A stretch of DNA of 40,361 bases from Minisyncoccota bacterium. GTDB taxonomy: Bacteria; Patescibacteriota; Minisyncoccia; Phycocordibacterales; Phycocordibacteraceae. Location of the stretch: assembly GCA_035627595.1 (NCBI GenBank), contig DASPLK010000004.1, positions 1 to 40,361 on the forward strand, in the 5' to 3' direction. How positions within the stretch are numbered: position 1 is the first letter of the stretch; each line of letters begins with the position of its first letter. Below the pieces are notes generated by a model. That model had not been told where the DNA came from. It did not search any database and saw nothing but the letters and a program-made list of their open reading frames with translations. The translations under genes were made by a program, and so were the position numbers. Shown here in pieces: positions 15,087 through 24,529 of this stretch.

Positions 15087-17219
15087 CTAGAGACCAACTT
15101 GTTTGATGTATTGCATCACCTGCGCTGCGAGGTCCGGCCGCGCCGCAATAAGATCATTAAGCGTCTTGCGTGCATCTGCACGTCGATTCCACTCCGTATA
15201 CATACTTGAGAGTTGAAGATAGTTTGAGGGCTCGTTCGGATCGGCCTCAATGCGTGCACGCAGCACTGGCAACACTTCAGCAAAATCCTTACGCTCGTAA
15301 TACGCAAGCATCACAATATTGTTATCAACGGTCGTAGTACCGAACCGCTCTAGCAAAAGTGCTTTTGCTTCCTGCTCGTTTCCGATTAGTATCTCTCCTG
15401 CGGCCATATACATTGCGAGCTCATCAAACGACGTGTCGAGCTCGTACGCGCGCGAGAACGCATCATGCGCAGCCGTATAGTCTTTAGCCTGGAGCGCGAT
15501 AATACCCTCTTCAAGAAAGAGTCGCTGTTTTAGGGGCGATAGTTCCTGCGCAATCTTAATCTCGCGCATGGCACTCTCATAATCACCGAGTGTGCGGTAC
15601 GCACTTGAAAGCTGCACGCGCAAACGCGCATCCTCCGGGAGCTCTTCCACTTGGCGGTTCATCTCAGCTACCGCCGCTTCAGCGATAGCAGTACGCAGTT
15701 CAGTAGGAATATTCTCCTGAGTGGAGATGCCTGCCGAGTATGCGACCAGCTGTTCGCGTATCTCCTGCGTCGCAAATCCTCCACGCGTAAGCGCGTCATC
15801 AAACGCTGCAAGGTTCTGGCGTGGATCAGGCGTCATGGTGAGCGCGCGAATAAGATCGTTTGCTGCAAGCATTGATGGCACATTAACCATCCAGACAAGT
15901 ACCACAGCAACGACAAGCCCGATTGGAGCGGCTACGTTTTGGAATATATGGAGTTCCATCTGCGGCGCTTCCTCAAGCTTAGCTATGGGCCTGGACGAAA
16001 GGCCATGCGCAACCGCAAGAAGCGCTGCAAGCGGTACGTAGCTGAAGAGGTTATCAAATACGAAAAGGGCTTGGAACGCGTATGCGCCTATACCGGATAT
16101 GAGGAAGATACGCTCATACCTTCCCCCATTCCTATATATGGCAAATACACCCATGCCCAGGAGCGACACGAAGAGAACTAATGCTGGAATGCCTCCTGCA
16201 GTAAGCCAATCGACATAGACGCTATGTGCGCGATCGAACCATGGCTCCTGCATGAATAGGGACGGGGTGTAGTGCTCATTGAAGATGTAGTTGAAACCCT
16301 CCTGCCCCCACCCAGTAATCGGCCGTTCAGCGACGCCCTTAGCTGCCATATCCCACAGCGTAAAACGGGTCGAGCCGTCTGCAAGAGAAATAGAAGCAAG
16401 CCGGCTGAGCGTAGGGTCCTCTCGTACGAATGATGTATCGCGAATAAAGAAGAAGCCAGCGATGAGCACCAAGAGAGCGGCTGCTATACCAATGCCGTAG
16501 CGGCGGGCCTTTCCCTTGCTCGAGATTAGCCAGAGCGCTACGCCTATGACTGCGCCTACGACAAAGCCTAAAATCGCACCACGCGTTGCGGTAAGGAATA
16601 ATAGAAATACCTGGAGCCCAGCGAGCGCGAAGAGTGCATATCGCATCCACCCCTTGGATTCAAACGCCTGCCATACAGCGACGGCAATAACGAAGAGAAG
16701 ATACACGGCAAGGTATGCAGCGTTTCCCAATGTTGCATCTAAGCGCACGCCACCCTGGTGAATGGTGAAGATACCCATGACCTGCAAGAGTCCATAGAGG
16801 CCGACGAAAGTAGATGCACCGAGAAATGTGAGCCACCACTTGCGCCAGAGTTTATCCGCCTTGAACACTGATCCGGCGATTAAGAAGAACGCAAACACGT
16901 GCACTAGCGTAACCCAACCGTCCATACGCTCGTAGTTACTCCAGAATGCTTTTTCTGGATTGACTGCAAAGAGATTCGCCACGAACATCCACGCTACGAG
17001 CGCGCCGTATAAAACAAGTGTCCACGAGAAACGAGGACGATACTTAGGGTCTACGAGCATGAGGAGTCCCCAGCCGACCAGCGCTAATTCAACGAGAATT
17101 CGGAACGCAAACGCTTTCCCGGTTATAAACGGAAAGAACAGACTGTTTGAGACGTACAGCGGAATAAACGGAATAAGGAAAAGCGATCCCAAGACGGCAT
17201 AGCGTACGGCGGTGGTCAT
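15087..17219 (-). CDS. O-antigen ligase/polymerase-like (Wzy_C-type) polytopic membrane protein with a C-terminal TPR region.
   Basis: 710 aa. About 460 aa of multiple hydrophobic helices are followed by a soluble tail with TPR-like repeats (YRTLGDYESAMREIKIAQELSP, AKDYTAAHDAFSRAYELD). Confidence 0.7.
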   Translation of the reverse strand: MTTAVRYAVLGSLFLIPFIPLYVSNSLFFPFITGKAFAFRILVELALVGWGLLMLVDPKYRPRFSWTLVLYGALVAWMFVANLFAVNPEKAFWSNYERMDGWVTLVHVFAFFLIAGSVFKADKLWRKWWLTFLGASTFVGLYGLLQVMGIFTIHQGGVRLDATLGNAAYLAVYLLFVIAVAVWQAFESKGWMRYALFALAGLQVFLLFLTATRGAILGFVVGAVIGVALWLISSKGKARRYGIGIAAALLVLIAGFFFIRDTSFVREDPTLSRLASISLADGSTRFTLWDMAAKGVAERPITGWGQEGFNYIFNEHYTPSLFMQEPWFDRAHSVYVDWLTAGGIPALVLFVSLLGMGVFAIYRNGGRYERIFLISGIGAYAFQALFVFDNLFSYVPLAALLAVAHGLSSRPIAKLEEAPQMELHIFQNVAAPIGLVVAVVLVWMVNVPSMLAANDLIRALTMTPDPRQNLAAFDDALTRGGFATQEIREQLVAYSAGISTQENIPTELRTAIAEAAVAEMNRQVEELPEDARLRVQLSSAYRTLGDYESAMREIKIAQELSPLKQRLFLEEGIIALQAKDYTAAHDAFSRAYELDTSFDELAMYMAAGEILIGNEQEAKALLLERFGTTTVDNNIVMLAYYERKDFAEVLPVLRARIEADPNEPSNYLQLSSMYTEWNRRADARKTLNDLIAARPDLAAQVMQYIKQVGL

Positions 17220-17228
17220 ATAGGGACC

Positions 17229-17236
17229 AGTATACT
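17229..17236. promoter_or_regulatory. Palindromic AGTATACT, giving TATACT on both strands in the divergent ligase-like/flippase spacer.
   Basis: The minus-strand TATACT (17229-17234) lies 9 nt upstream of ATG 17219. The plus-strand TATACT (17231-17236) faces the flippase gene. Confidence 0.3.
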
Positions 17237-17310
17237 ACTGCCAATCACCTAGGTCCCAAACAGCAACAAATGCTCAAGATGCATGGTTATATCATCCGTA
17301 CATCACACCA

Positions 17311-18612
17311 ATGGTACGATTTTCCTACATGAATCCCATCCGAGCCAGAGCAATCTCCCTACTCCGCTGGACTGAGCGGTACACGAAAACAGATATGGTA
17401 TATCTCGTTTCAAGTGGTTTCTGGAGCAATCTGGGTATTCTCTGTGTCTCGTTTCTCGCACTTGGGCTTTACAGCATCTATGCACGATACTTTACGCCGT
17501 CTGAGTTCGGTATCTACCAGTACTTTTTGACACTCGCTGTCCTGGTCCACGCGTTTACTTTAACGGGCATGAACACGGCCCTCACCCGCTCGGTTGCCCG
17601 TGGTCATAACGACTCCTTGAAAGAAGGACTGAGGCTGCAACTTACATGGAGCGTACTGCCATTCTTGGTAGCGCTTGCAATCGCACTCTATTACTTTGTG
17701 AACGGCAACAGTACCTTTGGGTTAGCAGCTCTCATTATAGGAGTATTTACCCCGCTCAATGCTGCGCTTGCAGCGCACACGGCATTCCTCACAGGCAAAA
17801 AAGATTTTAAGCGCGCATTTACCTACAACTTCCTCGGTAACATCCCTTACTACGGAGCGATGGCGGCGGCGGCCATTTTTTTTCAGTCCGCGCTTCTAGT
17901 ACTTCTAGCGAATTGCGCTACGAATGCAATTGTATATTTTGTCGCACTCAGACGTACCCAGCGTACGTATGCGCAGCCGGGCACAAGCGATCCCGATATG
18001 AGATCATACGGGAAACATCTCAGTCTCATAAATGCGCCGGGTATATTCCTTGGCCAGGCTGACATACTTCTTGCTTTTCATCTCCTAGGTCCTGCAAGTG
18101 TCGCGGTATACAGCTTTGCAACCGCTCTGCCGGATCAGATTGCGCGATTTCTTAAATTCATCCCGGGCGCAGCGCTTCCTAAGTTCTCAACAGCCTCCCA
18201 TGCGTCGATTCGCGCATCCATCGGACCGAAGCTTGTGTATGCTGCCATCATTGCTGTGCTCACTGCCCTCTGCTATGTCGTTGCGGCACCGTTTGCTTAT
18301 CTAGTACTTTTCCCCCAATACCAAGAGGCCGTTCAACTTTCCCAGCTATATGCAATTACTGTCATCAGCCTCGTAACGAATATTGTACTCACCGTTCTCA
18401 TCGCGCAGGGCCACAAGCGCAGCCTTTACTTATTTAATATCGCACTCCCTTTGCTTCAGACTGGAGCGCAGGTACTTGGCATTCTTGTCCTAGGAGTCCT
18501 TGGATTAGTAATTGCAAAGATCGGTATTACAGTGCTCGGGCTCGTAACCGCCGTGGTGCTTTTCTTCTCTATACGATCAAATCCGATTCAGGCGAATTCT
18601 CCCACTGAGTAA
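17311..18612 (+). CDS. Wzx-like polysaccharide/oligosaccharide flippase (MOP superfamily). The only plus-strand gene in the window.
   Basis: 433 aa, about 12 predicted helices. The N-terminal pattern SGFWSNLGILCVSFLALGLYSIYARYFTPSEFGIYQY is typical of polysaccharide biosynthesis (Wzx) proteins. An alternative ATG is at 17329. Confidence 0.75.
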   Translation: MVRFSYMNPIRARAISLLRWTERYTKTDMVYLVSSGFWSNLGILCVSFLALGLYSIYARYFTPSEFGIYQYFLTLAVLVHAFTLTGMNTALTRSVARGHNDSLKEGLRLQLTWSVLPFLVALAIALYYFVNGNSTFGLAALIIGVFTPLNAALAAHTAFLTGKKDFKRAFTYNFLGNIPYYGAMAAAAIFFQSALLVLLANCATNAIVYFVALRRTQRTYAQPGTSDPDMRSYGKHLSLINAPGIFLGQADILLAFHLLGPASVAVYSFATALPDQIARFLKFIPGAALPKFSTASHASIRASIGPKLVYAAIIAVLTALCYVVAAPFAYLVLFPQYQEAVQLSQLYAITVISLVTNIVLTVLIAQGHKRSLYLFNIALPLLQTGAQVLGILVLGVLGLVIAKIGITVLGLVTAVVLFFSIRSNPIQANSPTE

Positions 18613-19126
18613 GCTTTCGCGCGTTCTTGTCGCGCTCAGATAAAATAGGATTCTTGTCGGGCCATTCGATGCCGATGCGCTCATCGTTCCACAGAATATT
18701 AGACTCGCCATCTGGGTTATAAAGTGCTGAATAATAGTACTCAAGCTCTGTGTCATCAGCATAAGCATAAAAGCCGGACGCAAAGCCGAAGGGTACATAT
18801 AGGATTGTCTTATTTTCATCAGAGAGCTCCTCTCCGACCCATTTCCCGTACGTCTTTGAATTCTTGCGTATATCTACTGCAACTACGAAAGCACGGCCGT
18901 GTATGACACGGATAATTTTCCCGAGCGGCTTGTCCCATTGGAAATGAAGGCCGCGGACTACACCTTTCTGCGACCGCGACTGGTTATGCTGAGCTATCGT
19001 AAAATCAATACCATGCTCGCGCAGCACCTCTATATTCACCGCTTCCATAAAGAACCCTCGCGTATCGCCATGTACCACAGGTTCTATGCGTATCACATCC
19101 TGAAGAGCAAGAGGGGTGATGTTCAT
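18569..19126 (-). CDS. rmlC: NDP-4-keto-6-deoxyhexose 3,5-epimerase (RmlC-like cupin).
   Basis: MNITPLALQDVIRIEPVVHGDTRGFFME...GVVRGLHFQ...GRAFVVAVDIRKNSKTYGKW. ATG 19126 lies 1 nt after the rmlB stop. Confidence 0.85.
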   Translation of the reverse strand: MNITPLALQDVIRIEPVVHGDTRGFFMEAVNIEVLREHGIDFTIAQHNQSRSQKGVVRGLHFQWDKPLGKIIRVIHGRAFVVAVDIRKNSKTYGKWVGEELSDENKTILYVPFGFASGFYAYADDTELEYYYSALYNPDGESNILWNDERIGIEWPDKNPILSERDKNARKLTQWENSPESDLIV

Positions 19127-19127
19127 A

Positions 19128-20189
19128 TTAGTACCACTTAGCAGTCGATTGCTTCTCATAATGGTCAAGGAACTCTTTACGAGACTTTATCTTTCTCCAC
19201 CACTCCTCGTTTGCCCTATACCATTCAACAACTTCTGAAAGTGCCTCCTCCAGCTTGCGCTCAGCCTCCCACCCGAGCTCCTCTTTAATTTTTGCAGCAT
19301 TAGGTGCATACCGCAGGTCGGCAGATGGACGATCACCAATTACATCTAGCCGTGATTCGACGTTGTCGATACCAAGAATACGAGCGATCTCGTAAATAAT
19401 CTCGCGGTTCGTTCGAGACTCGCCTGCAAGATTATAGATAGAAAACTTTTGCGAATCGTGGGCGACCAGGTCTACCGCTCGCGTAAAATCATCGACATGC
19501 AACCAGCTGCGCACATGCGCGCCATTTCCATGTACGGGCATCCGGCCGCCTTCAAGAAAGTTTGTGATGGCAAGCGGAATTAGCTTCTCTGGGTATTGGA
19601 AAGATGCGTAGTTGTTTGAGCTTCTGATAATTGCAAGTGGAAGCCCATATACTTTTGCGTAAGTGCGAGCCAGCATGTCTCCGGCAGTCTTCGATGCTGC
19701 GTATGGACTAGATGGAATTAGCGGTGCGCTTTCATCTGAAGTCCCTTCAAGGACATTCCCGTACACTTCATCGGTTGAGATGTGGACAAACCGCGGTGTA
19801 TCTGAACAGCGCGCCATTTCAAGGAGGACACGCGTGCCCTCTACGTTTGTTCGAATGAAGTCACCGAAGTTATAGATTGAGCGATCAACATGCGTCTCTG
19901 CGGCAAAATGTACTACGAGGTCAAATGTATATTCTCTAAACAAACGACTCACGAGGATTGGGTCGCAGATATCTCCCTTTATATGTTCGTAGCGTCTGTC
20001 AGCAGGTTCCTTTGCATATTCTATGCCACTTATATCCAAAAGATTATCCTCATTGCCCGCATATGTTAATGCATCAAGATTAATGATTCTATATTCGGGA
20101 TACTGGGTGTAAAGACGACGCAAAAAATGTGATCCCATAAACCCGCAGCCGCCGGTTATGAGAACTGTCTTCGAGTACTTTTGCGTCAT
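19128..20189 (-). CDS. rmlB: NDP-glucose 4,6-dehydratase (RmlB family).
   Basis: 353 aa. VLITGGCGFMGSHF, AAETHVDRS, SPYAASKTAGDML (YxxxK). Confidence 0.9.
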   Translation of the reverse strand: MTQKYSKTVLITGGCGFMGSHFLRRLYTQYPEYRIINLDALTYAGNEDNLLDISGIEYAKEPADRRYEHIKGDICDPILVSRLFREYTFDLVVHFAAETHVDRSIYNFGDFIRTNVEGTRVLLEMARCSDTPRFVHISTDEVYGNVLEGTSDESAPLIPSSPYAASKTAGDMLARTYAKVYGLPLAIIRSSNNYASFQYPEKLIPLAITNFLEGGRMPVHGNGAHVRSWLHVDDFTRAVDLVAHDSQKFSIYNLAGESRTNREIIYEIARILGIDNVESRLDVIGDRPSADLRYAPNAAKIKEELGWEAERKLEEALSEVVEWYRANEEWWRKIKSRKEFLDHYEKQSTAKWY

Positions 20190-20191
20190 GT

Positions 20192-21418
20192 CTAACGGTA
20201 CTTCTCGAGGAAGCTTTGCAGTGTTTCCTGCAGATAGTCCATCTGCTCGTCGGAGAGGCCATGATGAGCTCCGATAAGAAATCCGTTTTTCATCACATAG
20301 TCTGACACCGGGAAAGTGCGTACTGCTTTCCGATGTTTAATATTACTGAAAGCAGGCTGTTTCAGAATCGTTCCTGTGAAGATTGGGCGCGTTTGGATGT
20401 TCGCTTCTTCAAGATAGCGTGTGATCTCCGCACGGGTGAAGGGTGCCTGGGGTGTGAGGGTAAGTGGGAATGCAAGCCAGTTAGTCTGAACGCGCGCGTC
20501 CTGCTTCGGCAGCACAAACCAATCTTCGTATGCTCGCGCGAATGTCATAAGCTGCTTGAATCGGCGCTTGCGAGCTTGAGAGAACGTCTTGAGGCGCTTA
20601 AGTTGGACGAGTCCGAATGCACCCGCGATCTCCGTTGATTGGAAGTTATATCCGATCTCAGTAAAGAGAAATTTCGCGTCGTACGTATCCCCATCAAGCA
20701 CTCCATTGAATCGCTTCTCGATATCCTCTGATTTTTCATGGCTTCCAAACAAAGTTGATTCCCTGCCCCATGCAGAGAATATACGTGCGCGACGAGCAAG
20801 TGAGTCGTCCTTTACACACACCATGCCGCCCGTCGCAGCCGCAGTGATGATATGGGAAGCATAGAAGCTAGTTACTGAGATATCGGTGTATTCTCCGGTC
20901 GGCTTCCCGTCAAACGTAGCACCGATCGTGTCGCACGAATCGTCTACAAGAGGAATCTTGTGCTTCTTTGCAATCTTGCGCAGCCGCTCCCAGTCCGGGA
21001 TATTCCCAAGGAGTGATGGAATCATGATAGCTCCCGTCTTTGGAGTAATAGCGGCTTCAATTTGATCTATGTTTGCTAGGTACGTACCCTCATCAATATC
21101 GACAAACACCGGGATGAGTCCCTTTTGAACAATGGGGGCGACGGTCGTGCCGAATGTGAATACAGGGGTAATGATTTCACTTCCTGCGGGCAGGTTCAGC
21201 GATTCAAGCGCGAGGAGGTTTGCTGATGAACCTGAGTTTACGAAGACTCCATGTTTCTGACCGAACAGACCTGCTACCTTCTTTTCGAATGCTACGCATG
21301 CAGCTCCAGGAGAAAGTTTCAGCGGGTTCTTAAGCACATCAACAACCGCTTTTACCTCTTCGGTACCGTATACAGCCTGTGCGTACGGGACGCGGATACG
21401 GGAAGTTCGCTTAGGCAT
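20192..21418 (-). CDS. rfbH: RfbH/ColD-type PMP-dependent NDP-4-keto-6-deoxyhexose 3-dehydratase (DegT/DnrJ/EryC1 fold with His in place of the Schiff-base Lys).
   Basis: 408 aa. NSGSSANLLA and TTVAPIVQKGLIPVFVDID match the RfbH pattern. In SFYASHIIT the His aligns by eye with the catalytic Lys of SF(H/Y)xxKxxT aminotransferases. Confidence 0.6.
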   Translation of the reverse strand: MPKRTSRIRVPYAQAVYGTEEVKAVVDVLKNPLKLSPGAACVAFEKKVAGLFGQKHGVFVNSGSSANLLALESLNLPAGSEIITPVFTFGTTVAPIVQKGLIPVFVDIDEGTYLANIDQIEAAITPKTGAIMIPSLLGNIPDWERLRKIAKKHKIPLVDDSCDTIGATFDGKPTGEYTDISVTSFYASHIITAAATGGMVCVKDDSLARRARIFSAWGRESTLFGSHEKSEDIEKRFNGVLDGDTYDAKFLFTEIGYNFQSTEIAGAFGLVQLKRLKTFSQARKRRFKQLMTFARAYEDWFVLPKQDARVQTNWLAFPLTLTPQAPFTRAEITRYLEEANIQTRPIFTGTILKQPAFSNIKHRKAVRTFPVSDYVMKNGFLIGAHHGLSDEQMDYLQETLQSFLEKYR

Positions 21419-21424
21419 AGGTGA

Positions 21425-21430
21425 AATTTA
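21425..21430 (-). promoter_or_regulatory. -10-like TAAATT 6 nt upstream of ATG 21418.
   Basis: The coding strand reads TAAATT-TCACCT-ATG, within a 73-nt intergenic gap. Confidence 0.25.
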
Positions 21431-21491
21431 CTTGAAAAGTAGTAGTACGGTAACACGATTTTAGGTACCCGTACATGATGCAATAGCCACT

Positions 21492-22400
21492 TTATAGTGA
21501 GCTTCTAAGCCATTCTGCTGTCTGATGTATGCCGCGGGCAAGGTCGGTGGTCGGACGCCATGCAAAGGCTGAAAACGTCTTCTCCATATCTGCCTGCCAC
21601 GTATCGGCATCGTAGGCAACCTGCTTAAACCCGCCCCACGAAACCGGGGTCTGCGATCCCGTCTCCGTACGCACGATATCCGTAAGTTCTTCAAGCGTCG
21701 TCTTCCTGCCGCTTCCTAAGTTATATATCTGACCTGTATGCGCCTCTGCGTTTTTAGCAGCCTCGATGAGCAGGTTGCATATATCATCTATATACACAAA
21801 ATCCCGGGACACCGTCGGACGCGTCAAAGTGAGTGGCTCATTCCTAAGCGCACTCGTGAGCATCTCACGCACGAGTCTCCCCTGCTGAATGCCCGGCCCA
21901 TATGGAGTAAAAAGCCGGAATGCGACCGTGTGGAGGGCGCGCGTCTTGGCTGCGGTCTGCACGAGCAGGGTCCCAGCCAGCTTCGTGACGCTATAGATCT
22001 CAGGCGGCTCGCAGAGCATGTCCTCCTTTAGGGGTACGCCTTTAGGTCCGTACTCAAGGAACGATCCTATGTGCACGAAGGACGTCACGTTTACGGCTTC
22101 CGCCATGGAGAGCGCAGCGTCGGTCCCTTGGATGTTGGTACGGATGAGCGATTCAGTATCCGCTGTTACGCCACTTTGGATGTTTGAGGCGGCAAGATGG
22201 AAAACCCATTCCGGCTTCCACTTTTCACCAACTTCTAACAGTGCTGTTGCGTCGCTTACATCGACCTCGGCTGTCTGAAACGCCTGTGCGGGTGCTCCTG
22301 GGCGCACCGTGCCAAGGACCTCGTGCCCCGCGCGTAGGAGCGCCTGCGTCAGTGCCTTTCCGATGAACCCCCCTGCTCCAGTTACTAGTGCGCGCGCCAT
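21492..22400 (-). CDS. NAD(P)-dependent sugar epimerase/reductase (extended SDR).
   Basis: 302 aa. ALVTGAGGFIGKAL Rossmann motif and YSVTKLAG (YxxxK). Confidence 0.85.
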   Translation of the reverse strand: MARALVTGAGGFIGKALTQALLRAGHEVLGTVRPGAPAQAFQTAEVDVSDATALLEVGEKWKPEWVFHLAASNIQSGVTADTESLIRTNIQGTDAALSMAEAVNVTSFVHIGSFLEYGPKGVPLKEDMLCEPPEIYSVTKLAGTLLVQTAAKTRALHTVAFRLFTPYGPGIQQGRLVREMLTSALRNEPLTLTRPTVSRDFVYIDDICNLLIEAAKNAEAHTGQIYNLGSGRKTTLEELTDIVRTETGSQTPVSWGGFKQVAYDADTWQADMEKTFSAFAWRPTTDLARGIHQTAEWLRSSL

Positions 22401-22409
22401 ACCGTACTG

Positions 22410-23474
22410 CTAATACTTTGTAATCAGAGCGTGCACAGATTCTGCCATCTTCTCAACACTATACTGCGTCTGAACTTTTTGTCTGCCGTTTTGTGAGAGT
22501 TGATTCCTGTACGCACCATCTCCCCAAAGTCGTTCAATCGCCTCTCGTACCGCGATGCTGTCATTCTCTGGCACACCCACATAGTCCTTGCCGTCTTGAA
22601 AATATTCGCGTACCCACTCGCGCTCCGTAACGATAGCTGGCTGTCCTGCGGAGAGCGCTTCAAGCATAACTGTTTGTCCCGTACAGTCAGAACCTTCACT
22701 AACCTCGTCTCCTTTGAGGATTAGGCAGGTAAAGCGCGCGCCTTCGTAGAGCTCGCGCACTTGGTCAATTGAAAGGTTGTAGCGTATCTCGACATTCTTC
22801 GGGATGTCGAGACCAGGAGGAATATTTTTGTAGTCAGTAGCGACCACAAGTTTGTACGGCAAGTCACGGACTGCGTCAAAAAGCGTTTTAAAGTCTCGCC
22901 CAAGGTCGCGCCCAATGCTCACCATATAGTCTCCATCTTTATCGTAGCGGACGGATGCAAAGAAGTCAGCGTCAATACCGAATGGGAATATAGTTATCCG
23001 ATTTTCCTTTACCCCAGCACCCAGCAGTACGTCCCGCTGCGATTCCGCAATACAGATAATCCTCCAAAATGAATTCCACATCCAGAGCAGGGCCGTAGTT
23101 CGCAGCCAATTATTCTGATGACGGCGTACAAGCACAGCAGCATTGATCGCCATATATGTAACACGTACTTTGCCGACCCATGAGGCGAACGTACATAAAA
23201 GCAACGCATCAAAGGTTACGATATAGTCGTACCGCAAAAGACGAGGCAACAGTATCAGCTCCCGTACCTGTCCAGGAACATAAGAAGGCAGTGTAATCTC
23301 CTGATTTACATCAATAAATGCAACTTCCAGATCATGCTTCCGATTTAGCACATCCCACCCGCGCAATGGCGAACGTGATGCTTCTCCATCGTTAACCTGC
23401 TGAAGCAGGGCCCGTCGACTTGCACCTTTGAATAGGTAGAGGATGCGGACAGGACGGTCTAACTGTTGATTCAT
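22410..23474 (-). CDS. Glycosyltransferase, GT-B fold (GT4-like).
   Basis: 354 aa. C-terminal EGSDCTGQTVMLEALSAGQPAIVTE (EX7E-type motif). Confidence 0.75.
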   Translation of the reverse strand: MNQQLDRPVRILYLFKGASRRALLQQVNDGEASRSPLRGWDVLNRKHDLEVAFIDVNQEITLPSYVPGQVRELILLPRLLRYDYIVTFDALLLCTFASWVGKVRVTYMAINAAVLVRRHQNNWLRTTALLWMWNSFWRIICIAESQRDVLLGAGVKENRITIFPFGIDADFFASVRYDKDGDYMVSIGRDLGRDFKTLFDAVRDLPYKLVVATDYKNIPPGLDIPKNVEIRYNLSIDQVRELYEGARFTCLILKGDEVSEGSDCTGQTVMLEALSAGQPAIVTEREWVREYFQDGKDYVGVPENDSIAVREAIERLWGDGAYRNQLSQNGRQKVQTQYSVEKMAESVHALITKY

Positions 23475-23483
23475 AAGGAAATA

Positions 23484-24527
23484 CTAGCTCACTTTTTCCA
23501 ACCGGCGTATGAGTGTTGAAATGAGGGCTGTAAGCGAGTGCTTCTGCGCTTCCTCTTGCATCTCTGCACGTAGCTGCGCTCGGTACACTTCTGACCCTGC
23601 ATATATACGCGCAAGGCGGTCTGCAACTTCAGCGGGCGTATAGTCGCTCACAAAGCAAACTTCGGGCACGATCCGCGCGAAGGCCTCATTCGTAGTGACG
23701 GGAAGAACTCCTGCTGCCATAGCCTCAAGAATAGCCTTATCCATACTTCCTGTTCGACTTAAATTAAGGAACACATTTGCCTGAGACAATATGGCCGGTA
23801 CCTCACTGTGAGCAACCGGGCCGTGCAACTGCACGCTGTTCCCGTAGGAACGTATAGTGAATTCGCGCATAAGTCCTTCTAGGTAGAGCTTGTCTGCTGG
23901 AGTAATGGCGGTCCCGTATATCGAAAATTCAAACGGTACATCCCTGCGAGCAAGTTGGTCGCAAACATCTAGCATCTCTTTGATTCTCTTAACCTCAGAG
24001 ATCCTCCCTACAGTCACGAGTTTAAGTTTCGAAAATGGTGCAGGACGATAGGTATATCTAGCGACCTCAATACCATGACCGACAATCTGCAATTTTGCAG
24101 TGGTCATACGAAAACTATCCTTTGAAGAGGAGAAGATAATGTGTGCAAATGATGCGGCTATTCGCAAGCGCAGCGTTACTGCTTTATGCACGTACCATAA
24201 CCCTGTTGGGATACCCTGCAACCTCCACCACCATCCGGCCAAGATAAGGTACTCAACATTCATATGTATAAATACCCTATCGTAGGAACGATGTAGTCGA
24301 ATAAGCAGTGCTAAAAAGCGCGATGCATATAAGAGCCGCGACTTACTCCCTTGTTCTTTACCTAGGGAGTAAACGGAAACATTCGAAGGCAGGCTTAATT
24401 TACCCTGGTACAAACAAATTACATGGACCCACTCAACCTTCTGTGCGAACTCAGCTACCCATGCATGGAAAAATCCAAGGATAGGATCTTCCAGATCAAG
24501 GACTTGGGTTACTATAAGCAGCCTCAT
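23484..24527 (-). CDS. Glycosyltransferase, GT-B fold (GT4-like).
   Basis: 347 aa. SRTGSMDKAILEAMAAGVLPVTTN. Confidence 0.75.
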   Translation of the reverse strand: MRLLIVTQVLDLEDPILGFFHAWVAEFAQKVEWVHVICLYQGKLSLPSNVSVYSLGKEQGSKSRLLYASRFLALLIRLHRSYDRVFIHMNVEYLILAGWWWRLQGIPTGLWYVHKAVTLRLRIAASFAHIIFSSSKDSFRMTTAKLQIVGHGIEVARYTYRPAPFSKLKLVTVGRISEVKRIKEMLDVCDQLARRDVPFEFSIYGTAITPADKLYLEGLMREFTIRSYGNSVQLHGPVAHSEVPAILSQANVFLNLSRTGSMDKAILEAMAAGVLPVTTNEAFARIVPEVCFVSDYTPAEVADRLARIYAGSEVYRAQLRAEMQEEAQKHSLTALISTLIRRLEKVS

Positions 24528-24529
24528 AT

